DNA of 64,000 nucleotides from Haplodiscus bocki (lineage: Eukaryota): contig OZ296657.1 of NCBI GenBank assembly GCA_965655095.1, forward strand, positions 41,788,001-41,852,000, in the 5' to 3' direction. Of this stretch, positions 35,734-46,540 are shown in pieces (position 1 is the first letter of the stretch; every line of letters starts with the position of its first letter). A program made the position numbers and the translations under genes. The notes under the pieces were generated by a model. The model was given only the letters and a program-made list of their open reading frames with translations, was not told where the DNA came from and did no database searches.

Positions 35734-36184
35734 CTGTCTTGCACTGTATTAGTTAATGAGCTGGCAGATAAAAACTTTATTAAGGAGTTGGGAGTTTTCT
35801 TTGATGGTAAAGTTCAGGGATAATTATTCAGTCCTCCAAAAAAGTACAAACCCACAAAACAAGCGTTTTGGTGCACGAGAAACTTGCACGGAATTGTGTG
35901 GAACAGTGGACGTTTGGATTACAGTGAGCTTTCAAATTTTATTGCTAGAGCTGTAAAGGGTGAATACTTTGGAAAAGGACAACAAATGCAAGATTCTTGA
36001 CAATTTATTGGATAAAGAGGTGGAAAATTTGGAAGACAATGGCTATCCCAAAGTTCAAGATCTTGTTGATGAAGAAATGTGGCTTTGCTTGAGCTACCCA
36101 TTCAGACCAAAGACCACAAGTCATTGTGCAGAGCGCAAGACAAACTTATTTGGTAACTGGATACTGCACCATTTGAAAATGTAA
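35734..36184 (+). pseudogene. DEDDh-like 3'-5' exonuclease-fold accessory protein
   Basis: Reconstructed VLVNE..FIKELG...NLHGIVWNSG..Y...KG..K...VENLED.G.P...HCA with one stop and one frameshift. Preceded by GTCACGTGAC at 35651. Confidence 0.5.
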
Positions 36185-36207
36185 AGTTTGCATTGTCAAA
36201 TGTCTTG

Positions 36208-36528
36208 TCAGTATCTTTGAATTTTAATCTTCCAAAATTTTTCAATCTTTTTTTCGAGATACATTATTGAAAAATTGAGCGTACAAGACAGATGACTGAT
36301 CAAGAAGATAATATTAATCTGGTAAAGTTGTCTTTGACGACAACAATCGAGAGAGAAAATCGTGGGCCTGTTTGGAACAAACCTGTTCCAGATCTTTAAT
36401 TGTATTTTTATCCCAACTTTTTGTGATTCTGTTGAATATCTTTGGTTGCTTTTGGAGGATTCATCTTTCAAATACTTGTGACGAATAGACTGTTTGAATG
36501 AAAATTCTGTGTGTATAGCGGGATGCAT
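36208..36528 (-). CDS. Hypothetical 106-aa Polinton protein
   Basis: ATG-initiated ORF filling the gap between the exonuclease-like gene and the ATPase. Confidence 0.35.
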   Translation of the reverse strand: MHPAIHTEFSFKQSIRHKYLKDESSKSNQRYSTESQKVGIKIQLKIWNRFVPNRPTIFSLDCCRQRQLYQINIIFLISHLSCTLNFSIMYLEKKIEKFWKIKIQRY

Positions 36529-36546
36529 TTTACCCTGACCACGACT

Positions 36547-37466
36547 ATGAACAAGTTGAATTCTACAAAAACTCGTGCCTTTATATCATTGGTAGGTCCC
36601 TCCGAGATTTGAAAGTCAAATTTTATTTACAATTGGCTCAAAAATGGAACCTTTCAACCAAAATTTGACAAAATTCACCTTTTTTATCAACAGTCCCAGC
36701 CACTTTACGATGTTATGCAAAAGAGAATTGAAAATCTCGAGTTTTTGCAGGGAGTAAACTTTGAATTTATTGATTCGTTAAAAAACAACAGTACAAAGTA
36801 CTTCTTAAAGTTTGACGACTCCTGTGAAGAGATTTGCCATTCAAAAGCTTGTGTTGATATTGCTACTGCTGGCACACATCGTGGGTTGTGTATTATTTAC
36901 ATTAAACACAACTTATTTCATCAAAGCAAATTTGGGCGAGACGTTGAGCTCCAGAACTTGCACATTGTTCTTTTTAAATCTCCCCGTGATGTGATGCAAG
37001 TCAGTAGGCTTAGTGCACAATTAGGACTCGGATCGGAGCTGGTTGACTGGTATTGAGACGCAACATCTGTTCCTTACGGTCATTTATTGATTGACTTTTC
37101 GGCACGCACAGACGATAGATTATATTGTTGTACAAATACCGGATCCAATCCCTCAAACTTTTATATCTCGGACCGGCTAAATATTCAAAAATTTTGAACA
37201 ACGAACACACAAAAACTCTCTACTCTCCTAGTGTTCCAATCAATTTCCCACGAATGCAAGAGTCTTTTCCTTCAGTCGTGTCCAAAAGAGTTTCTCCAGT
37301 TTCTATGCGAATGCAAAAGACATCTGCTCAAAAGAAACCTGCAAAGCATAAAAAAACATCACGAGGCAAAGTTTCAAAGCGAGAGTCGACTATTGACCCT
37401 AAAACGTACAACCTGGAAGTAAAGAAGAGACTTTCTAGCGTCCTAAAAAGATTTACAGCTCCTTAA
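36547..37466 (+). pseudogene. DNA packaging ATPase (A32/FtsK-HerA)
   Basis: FISLVGPSEI*KS (Walker A with a stop at the Gly), KFDDS (Walker B), GTHRGL..IYIKHNLF, IVLFKSPRD, PYGHLLID. Confidence 0.9.
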
Positions 37467-37503
37467 AGTTATTACTCCTCCCGTCATTAACCATTCGTCT
37501 TGA
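37231..37503 (+). pseudogene. Small basic Polinton protein overlapping the ATPase 3' end
   Basis: FLQFLCECKRHLLKRN resembles the CECxxNxLKGN motif of a small conserved Polinton/adintovirus protein. Confidence 0.45.
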
Positions 37504-37908
37504 TAAGGAGCAGTTTGTCCTCGTTTCAGCTTTTGTGTACAACAAAACTTTGTTTAGTTAGTTAGAAAGCAGGAATTTCCAAAATATCAACCTTCACAAA
37601 ATCCCATGTACCAATTTGATTCACTTAAGAAGGGGATAAACAAAAAATTATCTTTCAAAGCAGATTCTTTAGTAGAAAACATTTTGTTTTGTCAACGTAT
37701 CAAGCTCTCAAATTCACAAACTTTAATATTAGATGGCGTAGAATTTGGAAGTTTTCTGTTGGACATTACTCAACAACTCCGTCGTAAAAACGCGGACAAT
37801 CCAGACTAACTTTACTTTGCTTGACGCCGCTGGTATATCTCCGACTCCGATTCCGAATCACAAAATCAAAGCTAAAGAGAGAGGAAGCTGGGTCCCTTTC
37901 AAAATTTG
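37504..37908 (+). pseudogene. Hypothetical Polinton protein between ATPase and integrase
   Basis: Fragments YQFDSLKK...IKLSNSQTLILDG...LLDAAGISP...WVPFKI*. Confidence 0.4.
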
Positions 37909-38800
37909 AACGTCAGAAGCTGCAAAGATACACACAAAGTGGTGCTGCTTATGGGTCTGTGCGCAATTTAGTGAAAGCTAGCAATCTGTCAGTGCCAAAG
38001 GTGAGACATTTTTTGCATCCAAAACCTTCCTATACAAAATTTACTCTTGCCACACGTAAATTCAGAAGACTGAGGTCATTTACTAGACTTAAAAATGAAA
38101 CTTGGTGTATGGACTTGGCATACGTTGATAAACTAGACAAAGATAATAACGGTGTAAAGTACCCTCTAATTCGTCAAGACCTGTTTGATAGAACTGTAGA
38201 TGCAAAAAGAATGAAAACAACAAACTCCAAGAAAACGGTTCTTGCGTTTTTGACTATGATTACAAAAAAGAATCGTCTCAAAAAGATTTAGGTTGACAAG
38301 GGAACACAATTTGCCGAAGAGTTTAAAAAAACTATGCAGAGCCGAAGGAATACAATTTTGCTCCACAATGAGTGAGACCAAGCCTGCATTTGCTGAAAGT
38401 ACAATACGATCCCTGAAAACTATACTTTACCATTACATGCAAGACAATGGATACAGGTACATTCACAATTTGACTCAATTCGTTACAACAATAAATTCCG
38501 GGAGAAAGTGCTCGAAAGACTTGATACAAAAGAATGTAACGAATTCCGACTTTTTGTCCACTCTGTACAGCAAACCACTACGAAAATTTAGAAAACCCAA
38601 GTTTTAAAAATGGAGACAGAGTTCGCATCTCGAAGTATCACTTACATTTCAGGAAAGGTTATAAGCCACAGTTCACACAAGAGGTTTTCGAAATTGTTGC
38701 AATTTCTTCGATAAAACCTCCAACACACACCTTGAAGGATGAACACGATGAGATTATCCGCGGTAAATTTTATCAGGAAAGTTGATCAAAGTCATTCAAT
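37905..38800 (+). pseudogene. Retroviral-type (RVE) integrase
   Basis: WCMDL, VDKGTQF and AFAESTIRSLK (D,D,E), then GDRVRISK..FRKGY and GKFY, typical of Polinton integrases. Confidence 0.92.
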
Positions 38801-38801
38801 A

Positions 38802-39605
38802 AAGGAATCGTTTATAATAGAGTTGGTTTCAATTGCATCTGCGCATTTATTTCCAGACAATGCAGTGAACTCTTTTACAAAGTTTTTACCAATGCAACTG
38901 AACCTGAAAGGTCAATGGGAGGTTGCAATTTCAGAAATATCCTACCCATCAATGTACCAAAATATCACGGAGGGAAAATTTATGTTTTTTGACAAAAACC
39001 TTCCAATGTCGTCAGAATTCGACTATCTGGAATCTGGTCTTTAGCATTCCATTACGGAAATTGTTAAGGCCATGAACACTCTCTTTCAGGAAAGACACAA
39101 TCACAACGAAAACTGTATCACAGTTAAAGTGTCTCGAAGAACACAAAAAGTTGAGATTTACCTTGCAAAAGAAGGTTCTGGTCTTGCATTCTTTAATACA
39201 GATCTGGGCCACATTTTCGGAAATAATATTGGTAGTGAAATTGGAGTAATGTTCAGAAGAAAAGGACCTCACAAACCAGAATTTGCTTACAACATTGTCC
39301 GCATACACTCTCTCATGATATACACGGACCTGATTGAGTACAATATCGTTGACGACACAAAGGCTCCCTTGCTGCGTTGCTTTCTTTTTTATCGAAACTC
39401 AAGCCTGGAGACATTATAACTACTGGACAGTACATGAACTTTCAGACATTTAGCAACCTGCAATTCAGACCGCTGCTCAAAAATTCTTTTCATAGTATTC
39501 ACATTGACTCGAGAGACACGAGTGGTGAAAAAAATACCTTTCGTGTCTGTCGGTATCACTCGGTTTGTTTTGATGTTCAGAAAAGCATCCAACATTCATT
39601 TCTAA
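38802..39605 (+). pseudogene. Minor capsid protein (penton)
   Basis: SFIIELVS..FPDN..NSF..FLP..LNL.GQWEVAISEISYP, YTDLIEYNIVDDTKAPLLR, IHIDSRD. Confidence 0.85.
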
Positions 39606-39623
39606 CCTAAAAGACGTTACAAG

Positions 39624-39989
39624 ATGGTTGCTTCAAGACAAGTAGAGATTCCATTCTATAGAGGTGTTGGTCGACAACGTGGACGGGGATTCTGTGAACT
39701 TGCACAAATTATTGAGAGAACTGCAATTCCATTTTTGCGTAAATATATCGTCACAGCTGTAAAACGCATAGGTGCTGACTTGATGCACTTTGCTGTGCCA
39801 GAAATTGCAGAGGTTGTTGGTGGTAGAAAGAATTTCAAGACAGTTGCAAAGAGTGTGCGAAGACAGACTGTGAGAAAACAGTTGGGTAGTGGTAGCAGGA
39901 AGAGGACTGCGAGCAGAGTCATTCCAACAAAATTTGCAAAACAAATCAGTCGGTCGCGAAGAGAAATTTTTACAAACAATTCTCATTAA
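39624..39989 (+). CDS. Basic amphipathic virion protein (adenovirus pVI-like/cupiennin-like, Polinton PZ-type)
   Basis: QRGRG|F then an amphipathic helix (IPFLRKYIV..KRIGADL) and an Arg/Lys-rich tail, located between penton and hexon. Confidence 0.65.
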   Translation: MVASRQVEIPFYRGVGRQRGRGFCELAQIIERTAIPFLRKYIVTAVKRIGADLMHFAVPEIAEVVGGRKNFKTVAKSVRRQTVRKQLGSGSRKRTASRVIPTKFAKQISRSRREIFTNNSH

Positions 39990-39991
39990 TA

Positions 39992-41045
39992 ATGTCGAGT
40001 ATTTTTCGGTACCAACCTTTTGTGGCAGTTTCTGGAAATCTTGGAGGGAAAGTCCCAGTAGTTGACGATGTCTTGTCGTCCCATGAGCAAAAAATCTAAC
40101 ATACTACCTCACTCGATGCAAACTGCATAGAGTTTGAATTTCAACTGGATGGGAGCTTTTACGTTGATTTGAGACAAATGTACTTGGCTTTGAAACTGAA
40201 ACTTGTCAGAGGTCGTGGTTACGAAACTTACAATACCAAAGAGGTAAAAATGGAGCACAGTGAAGAGGCAAAAGCAGAAGAAAAAGAGATGGCGCAAGAG
40301 GAACCAGTTGCTCTCGTTACTCATGTAAACAACATATTGCACTCAATTTTTTTCCAATGTTGAAGTGTACATCAACAATCAGCAAATTTACAACTCTAAT
40401 GGATTGTATGCTCACAAAACTTACATTTCCAAGAACTTCAAGGGAGGCATCCGTGAATACAAGGGAGTTTTGCAATGCGAGGGGTACGACTATGAAAAAC
40501 CCTCTGATGAAATTATGGAAACGTCTTTGTCTGAACCTTTTTTCACAAGGAGAATGAAAATGCTTAGCAGACTTGATGGCTTCATGTTGTATGGTAAATT
40601 GGGGGTTGACTTTTTCTCCACTTCTGAATAGTTAAATCCAAATATGAAAATTAGGCTACGACTAATCAGAGCCAGACCTAATTTCTACATGATTAGCGAC
40701 AACCCCAACGTTAGCCTTGGAATTTTTGATTGTTCACTTTACACTCGTCGTATTGCTTTCAAGGATGATTATCACAAGAAACGAATGGACATGCTTGCTT
40801 ACACTCCTGTGGAGTTCAACTGTTTGGAAACTCTTGCACAGACTTTCATCATTCCTGCCAGACAAAACCAGTTCATTCATGAAAACATTTTCAACAAAGC
40901 TCCAGTTCGTCGGATTGCTATTGCAATGAATGCAAACTCTGCATTCCCTGGATCTTTTACTGAACACCCATTCTGGTATAAACAACTTGATCTTGGACAA
41001 GTTAGAAAACTCAGAGGAGGTCAGCCGATCGTAGACTCTGATGCT
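39992..41045 (+). pseudogene. Major capsid protein (double jelly-roll hexon), 3'-truncated
   Basis: IEFEFQ..YVDLRQMYLALKLKL, VNNILHSIF, YAHKTYI, IRLRLIRARPNF. The missing C-terminus is present in the second copy (42818-43043). Confidence 0.88.
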
Positions 41046-41145
41046 GCACGATATATGCAACTTTTCATCTCTTCAAATTCCGACAAGAGGAAACCACAGG
41101 AGTTCACGATGTTAATGTACTTTCATTCATAAGTAATTACATGTA
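41046..41145 (+). pseudogene. C-terminal remnant of the adenain protease
   Basis: TIYATFHLFKFRQEETTGVHDVNVLSFISNYM, matching the end of the protease at 42424-42815. Confidence 0.8.
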
Positions 41146-41231
41146 TTTTTTCAATTTTTCTAATGTAAATGTGCAGGTTATACAATGTCTTTGCTAATAT
41201 TTATAAACTCTAATTAACTTTTTAAAACAAT

Positions 41232-41419
41232 AATACAACCTTTTTACATAGCATTAAGTCATATCAGTATCCGCAAGCGCAAAAATTAACCGCGGGCGTC
41301 ATAATTAGTCCGCGCCGTAATAATTATCCACGCCGGCGACCCTGCAAGAAAGCATCAGTCCAAAAAAAATTTTTTTGCAAAAGTCTCACAGTGCCGAAAA
41401 CCGACTCACAGCACCCAAC
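41232..41419 (-). repeat. Right terminal inverted repeat (inner part), interrupted at 41420
   Basis: Reverse complement of 24520-24700. Ends ...CACAGCACCCAAC at the next AGTAGT. Confidence 0.9.
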
Positions 41420-41625
41420 AGTAGTATATGTGTGAGCAGATCAGACGGGGGGGGCGGGGGTTGCAGACCCTATGTATTAAGATAAACTATAGCGAGCCGA
41501 GTCGAGCCGAGAGCCGAGAAGGGCCTTCAACTGTAGCCGAGAGCTCTCGGGTGACGTAATAGTCGATTCTGATTCGCTGACGAATCGGGTGACGTATAAC
41601 TCGAATTTGATTGGCTCCAGACTGT

Positions 41626-41912
41626 TATGTATTAGGATAGGATATAGTTCGGGTCAATGTATTAAGATAGGGTATAGGTCGGTTCAATGTATTAAGATAG
41701 GGTATAGTTCGGTTCAATGTATTAAGATAGGGTACAGTTCGGCAATGTTGTAAGATAGGGTATAATTCGGGTCAATGTTTTAAGATAGGATGTAGTTCAG
41801 CTCAAAGTATTAAGATAGGGTATAGTTCGGCTCAATGTATTAAGATAGGGTAATATTCGGTCCAATGTATTAAGATAGCGTATAGTTCGGCTGAATGTTT
41901 TAAGATAGGGAA
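41626..41912 (+). repeat. 30-bp tandem repeat, about 9-10 copies
   Basis: Same GTATTAAGATAGGGTATAGTTCGG-TCAAT unit as 24024-24210. Confidence 0.95.
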
Positions 41913-42189
41913 TGCCCCTAAGCAGTATAGGTATTCACATGGTTTTTCGCACCCCAATCCTAAGATTATGTCATTCTTTTTGCGGGTGAATCCCTGAAGC
42001 AAATCAGGTATTTCGCGGGTGAATCCCTCAAGCAAAACAGGAAGTTCCCTGGTGAATCTTGGCTTCAAAGTTTACATGTAGCCTAAGCTAGACTACTGGT
42101 ATTTCAAGTTTTGAACACTTAGTGACCGTGGGGTTTACAACGGGTGTAATCTTTCCATATTTGGATAGAGTTTTTGTGGGCCTGCATAT

Positions 42190-42285
42190 TTTATTACGCG
42201 TGCGGATAATTTATTATGCGTGCGGATAAATTATTACGCGTGCGGATGAGTTACTACGCGTGCGGATATTTTATCAGGCGTGCTG
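42190..42285 (+). repeat. 19-bp tandem repeat (TTATTACGCGTGCGGATAA), about 5 copies
   Basis: Directly visible in the inner TIR of copy 2. Confidence 0.9.
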
Positions 42286-42423
42286 CCTACGACTCCTTTA
42301 TACTGATATGATTCAATGCTATGTAAAAAGGTTGTATTATTGTTTTAAAAAGTTAATTAGAGTTTATAAGTATTAGCAAAGACATTGTATAACCTGCACA
42401 TTTACATTAGAGAAATTGAAAAA

Positions 42424-42815
42424 ATACATGTAATTACTTATGAATGAAAGTACATTAACATCGTGAACTCCTGTGGTTTCCTCTTGTCGGAATTTGAAGA
42501 GATGAAAAGTTGCATATATCGTGCGGAAACCGCAAACGCTGCGATGGGACTGTGGTGGTTCTTGCATCATCTGTTCATATTGCTGCTTCAAAAAACTGTT
42601 TTTTTACAACCAAGAGAGTCTGCAAAATACAATATTTGACAAAAATTTGCACTCATTATAAAATGCACACCCTGCATATTGCTGGGTTGCGCACTTATAA
42701 TGGCAAAAGTGTCATTGTCAAGAGTAGGAACATAGTCAGAGGGAAAAGAGCCACGGTACCAATACTTGAGCAGTGTTATATGGTTGATTATTTGCTGGAG
42801 AGAAACATTCTCCAT
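42424..42815 (-). pseudogene. Adenain-like maturation cysteine protease
   Basis: YRGSFPSD, QGVHF (His), YFADSLG (Asp), QSHRSVCG (Gln/Cys). One frameshift. Confidence 0.88.
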
Positions 42816-42817
42816 TT

Positions 42818-43043
42818 TAGATGTTTTTTCCAACAACACCAAATTTGTCAACTGCAACCGATGACATTCGTTCTCCCAATACACTGAGTTTAGTAACGTG
42901 TTCTAGAGGGAAAGTACAGATTAGCTCCAGCTTCAGTGGTTCTCCAACTAGTTCCGGGTAAGGACAATTTTCAATAGCATCTTGCATTGAAGTCAAATCA
43001 AAGACTAGTACATAGTGGTCTTTGAAATTATCAATTGGAATTG
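42818..43043 (-). pseudogene. Major capsid protein C-terminus (copy 2)
   Basis: IPIDNFKDHYVLVFDLTSMQD...LKLEL...LGERMSSVAVDKFGVVGKNI*. Confidence 0.8.
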
Positions 43044-43243
43044 NNNNNNNNNNNNNNNNNNNNNNNNNNNNNNNNNNNNNNNNNNNNNNNNNNNNNNNNN
43101 NNNNNNNNNNNNNNNNNNNNNNNNNNNNNNNNNNNNNNNNNNNNNNNNNNNNNNNNNNNNNNNNNNNNNNNNNNNNNNNNNNNNNNNNNNNNNNNNNNNN
43201 NNNNNNNNNNNNNNNNNNNNNNNNNNNNNNNNNNNNNNNNNNN
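43044..43243. other. Assembly gap (200 N)
   Basis: Run of N. Contiguity across it is unknown. Confidence 1.
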
Positions 43244-45099
43244 ATGTAAAACGAAACTCATTTCTAATATGTTTCAATACCGAAAATTTCAAATAAATTT
43301 TTCTTAGCGGGAAAGGAAGATAATTTTGCATCCCGAATGGCATATTACCACTCAGTTGATTGGTTCACCTTTTTTGAAAACCTTGAGTCAACTGAAATAT
43401 ATTGAAAGCACTGGTTGCATGACGTCCATCGCACAGCAACTTGACACGTCCTATCAGGCATCGAATCTCAATAGTGTTAACGGGCCAAAACGCCACATGG
43501 TATAATTCCCCGGGGGTTTAAAGTTTTTTTGGACTTCTTGTCTCAAAAAAATTTTGAGTTCCCAGAAGAAGTTGAGAGTTGGGGCATTCAAAAAGTGCCG
43601 TAATATCGGACTGGTTATCACACAATTTTTGGAATGGAATAGTGTAGTCTGTCATGGAATCAATCCAGCTGATACAGTTGTTGCTACACACACATACAAA
43701 AAAAAAACAGGAAAGTACTGCTATTAACTTTAGTTATCTGTTTTTTACATCGCAGTTCTTGGAACATAGTATAATTTCTGAGGCAAGTAAATTGGGTTGA
43801 TTTGAACCTTAACCAGCAATTTTTTTATTTAATTTAGATGACTCAAAAAAAATTTTGATGACTCTGTCAGGCTCGCATAGAGAATTTCAATATGCGACTA
43901 GCTTATGTCCGATGTTTGAAGCGCCTAATCTATCTAGTAAAACCTCAGCGATGAATAATCAATGCAGCAGCTTATATGAATTGATAAAAAAACCATCATG
44001 TAATGTTACTTCCCTCCCAAATGATATGAACGCGATAACATAAATGGAATTGGATGCAGGAACACCAACTGATTGAGCTGAAGTATATACTTCCGAAATA
44101 GCGAACGAAACAGGACCGCACAAACCCATCACTAAGACGAACGGACGATATAATAACTTGTATAGCACCCTTTCACGACGGCACACGTGGACGAACAAAC
44201 GAAAGGCATTTATAAGGGCGGGCTGGAATTCCGAATAAGTTGAATCGAGCAAGTGATCCGCTGAACGGAAACACGAATTTGGAACAGTTTGAATACTGCA
44301 GTGTTCCCGTCCCGATTCAACCACGTGAACAGCGGCATTGTTATGGACCAAAATTGTTATTTGAAGACGATTTTAAAGTTCCAACTACGCGTGAACTGAG
44401 TTAATCAGTTCGACAAACGGAATAAATTTACAACTTCGACAAGAGCCTTCAAACAGCTATTCAATTGAAAAAGACTGTCTAATATACCAGAAACGAAGAA
44501 ATTACTCTACAGAAGTAGAACAAAATTTGATGACCAACACTCGATGGTGATGTCAATATTTTGGGACAGACTAAAATGAACTCTCAATGTCAAATTAATC
44601 AATCGGTGCTTTCGATGTGTAGAAACGTTGAACGGGTATTGAAGTACACATTTTGAGTCATTTGGTGAAAATCCAAAATTTTCATCAACACAGTGTTCTA
44701 CCGGACATGTCGCCAGTACGCTCATCAATTCGTTTCGAAAAAGTGCTAAAGTGCAGTGTCAAAGTTAGTAAATGCGGAAGCCAATCAGCAGGTGATAACG
44801 CCGTCACGTGACCAAATACAATTATACTCAAATAGAAGCGGGGACGCAGTGTATAGCACACTAGTAACCAGTCAGAGAGAGTACGCATAACCCCGACACA
44901 GCACTTATAGAGCTAGTTTAGTCAAATAATCTGGCCGTTGAACATATTATCATTTTTTTACTTCAACCATCAGTAACTTTTCTGCTACAATTATACAGAA
45001 CTTTTCTCATCAGTCGAGAGGCTTACAATGTCCTTATAGATTGAAACGCCAACTCCATTTTGCTGAGATTGGCCAGTCACACGCGTCGGAAGAGTCAGT

Positions 45100-46540
45100 G
45101 ACTGATGCCGGGGATTAGTTGCAGTCTCGATAGCTGGATGTGAAAATTGTGGTCGAGCGAGGTAGATAGAGTAATAAATGTTATAGTTACCCCGCTCGCT
45201 ACGCAACTAGAAAAGTTAATCCAGTCGATTAGGGAACTGAGTAGCAGATGTTCCAACAGGTTGACTGAAGGGAACAATGGCGTCCGAACGATCAGGATCG
45301 TTGGTTCAACGTTCCGACATGATGACAGGAGCCCCAAACAATAACGCTCCGACTGTCAAAAAACCACAGACCTGTTCGATGAAATGGCCCACCCAGCATC
45401 GATACAACACCAGATCGTCTGCTGCCCACACTCCATACCGACAACTACACGGCATCGACGAACACGACGACTCCGATGACGACACAGATGACCAGATGAA
45501 TCAAGTAACGTCTCTAATCACCGACCTGCCACGCCAACTACACACGACAGAGACCAAGATGAAACAACTACAAAACCAAGTGCCACTTTTCAAAGGCCAA
45601 CAAAAGAAGTACAAAGAATTCCAGCACTTACTCCTATATCATATCCGGCCTTTCCAAAACAAACTGAAGGACGAAGAGAAACTACAAATCTTCCCCAGTC
45701 TGCTCAGACATGACGCCATTGAATTTTGGCAAACTTTACATATCAGCCGGGAAACGACACAATAGGACACTGACAAAAATCAGAAAAGAGTTTGTGCGAA
45801 AAAACTTCAAAGAAGTCTAATGGTACAAATGGGATCAACTTAAATATGACCCACAAACCGATGCAAAATTCCTCGAAAAAAATCCAACGTATTGGCAAAC
45901 CAGCATTTGGGATCAGAACCAACGAATACGTCTACGCAATTTCGTTTGGAAAACTGGCAATACAAATACAACAAGAATTAAGTACTGCTGGAAAAATGGA
46001 CACCTCAACAGATGAAATCAAAGATTTGAACCGACGCCGATTTCAGTAACAGCAGCTAATACGGACTCACAAACTACACCCCTTAAACCAGAGATCTTCG
46101 AGCACACACAAAACAAACTGAAGTGAACAAAATCCTCCGCAATCGGCCGATAAACTCCCAGCAAATTCCAAGGAACGTGCATCCACTGTAAGAAAAAAAA
46201 GACACAAAAGAGTGGAGTGCCGAACAAAGGAACGCGAAGATGCGGCACACCCTCAACAAGACCGATAAGTCAAACAGCACGAAAAACCGAAGTACAACCA
46301 AAGGTTAGTATGCAACAAATGCGGATATACTGGGCACTCTGCACGAGACTGTCCACACAAAAAGAATACAATACAGAAACATACCCTATAACAAACAGAA
46401 CACAGAAGAAAACGGTGGATTCCGCAGGGACTTGGAAAGAACTCACCAACGTCAGTACCCGACCAACGCACTGCATGAAGAACAAGAAGCAGATAAGTCG
46501 TCAGCCATTGAATCAGGTCAAGTTGATACTTTAAACTCAG
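45100..46540 (+). pseudogene. gag: Gag, disrupted
   Basis: VPLFKG...EEKLQIF.SLLR.DAIEFW capsid-type segment, and knuckles CIHCKK..H..EC and CNKCGYTGHSARDC. Confidence 0.8.

Larger units (their letters stand above)
24459..41419. mobile_element. Polinton/Maverick (adintovirus-type endogenous virus), ~17 kb, pseudogenised
   Basis: AGTAGT terminus, inverted repeats 24520-24700/41232-41410, pPolB, ATPase, RVE integrase, penton, pVI-like protein, hexon and a protease remnant. Confidence 0.95.
41420..43043 (-). mobile_element. Second Polinton copy (protease/hexon end), inverted, running into the gap
   Basis: AGTAGTATATGTGTGAGCAGATCAG terminus, subterminal arrays, and protease plus hexon C-terminus on the minus strand. 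Confidence 0.9.

Noticed and set aside
42092-42103. ACTACT as the right terminus of the large Polinton
   Set aside because: It is not preceded by the inverted terminal sequence and has no 6-bp TSD match. It lies inside copy 2.
43005-43343. ORFs spanning the N run
   Set aside because: Artefacts of the assembly gap.
44694-45001. 5' LTR of Gypsy 2 (TGTTCT...AGAAC)
   Set aside because: Position is plausible, but I found no second copy, PPT, PBS or TSD.
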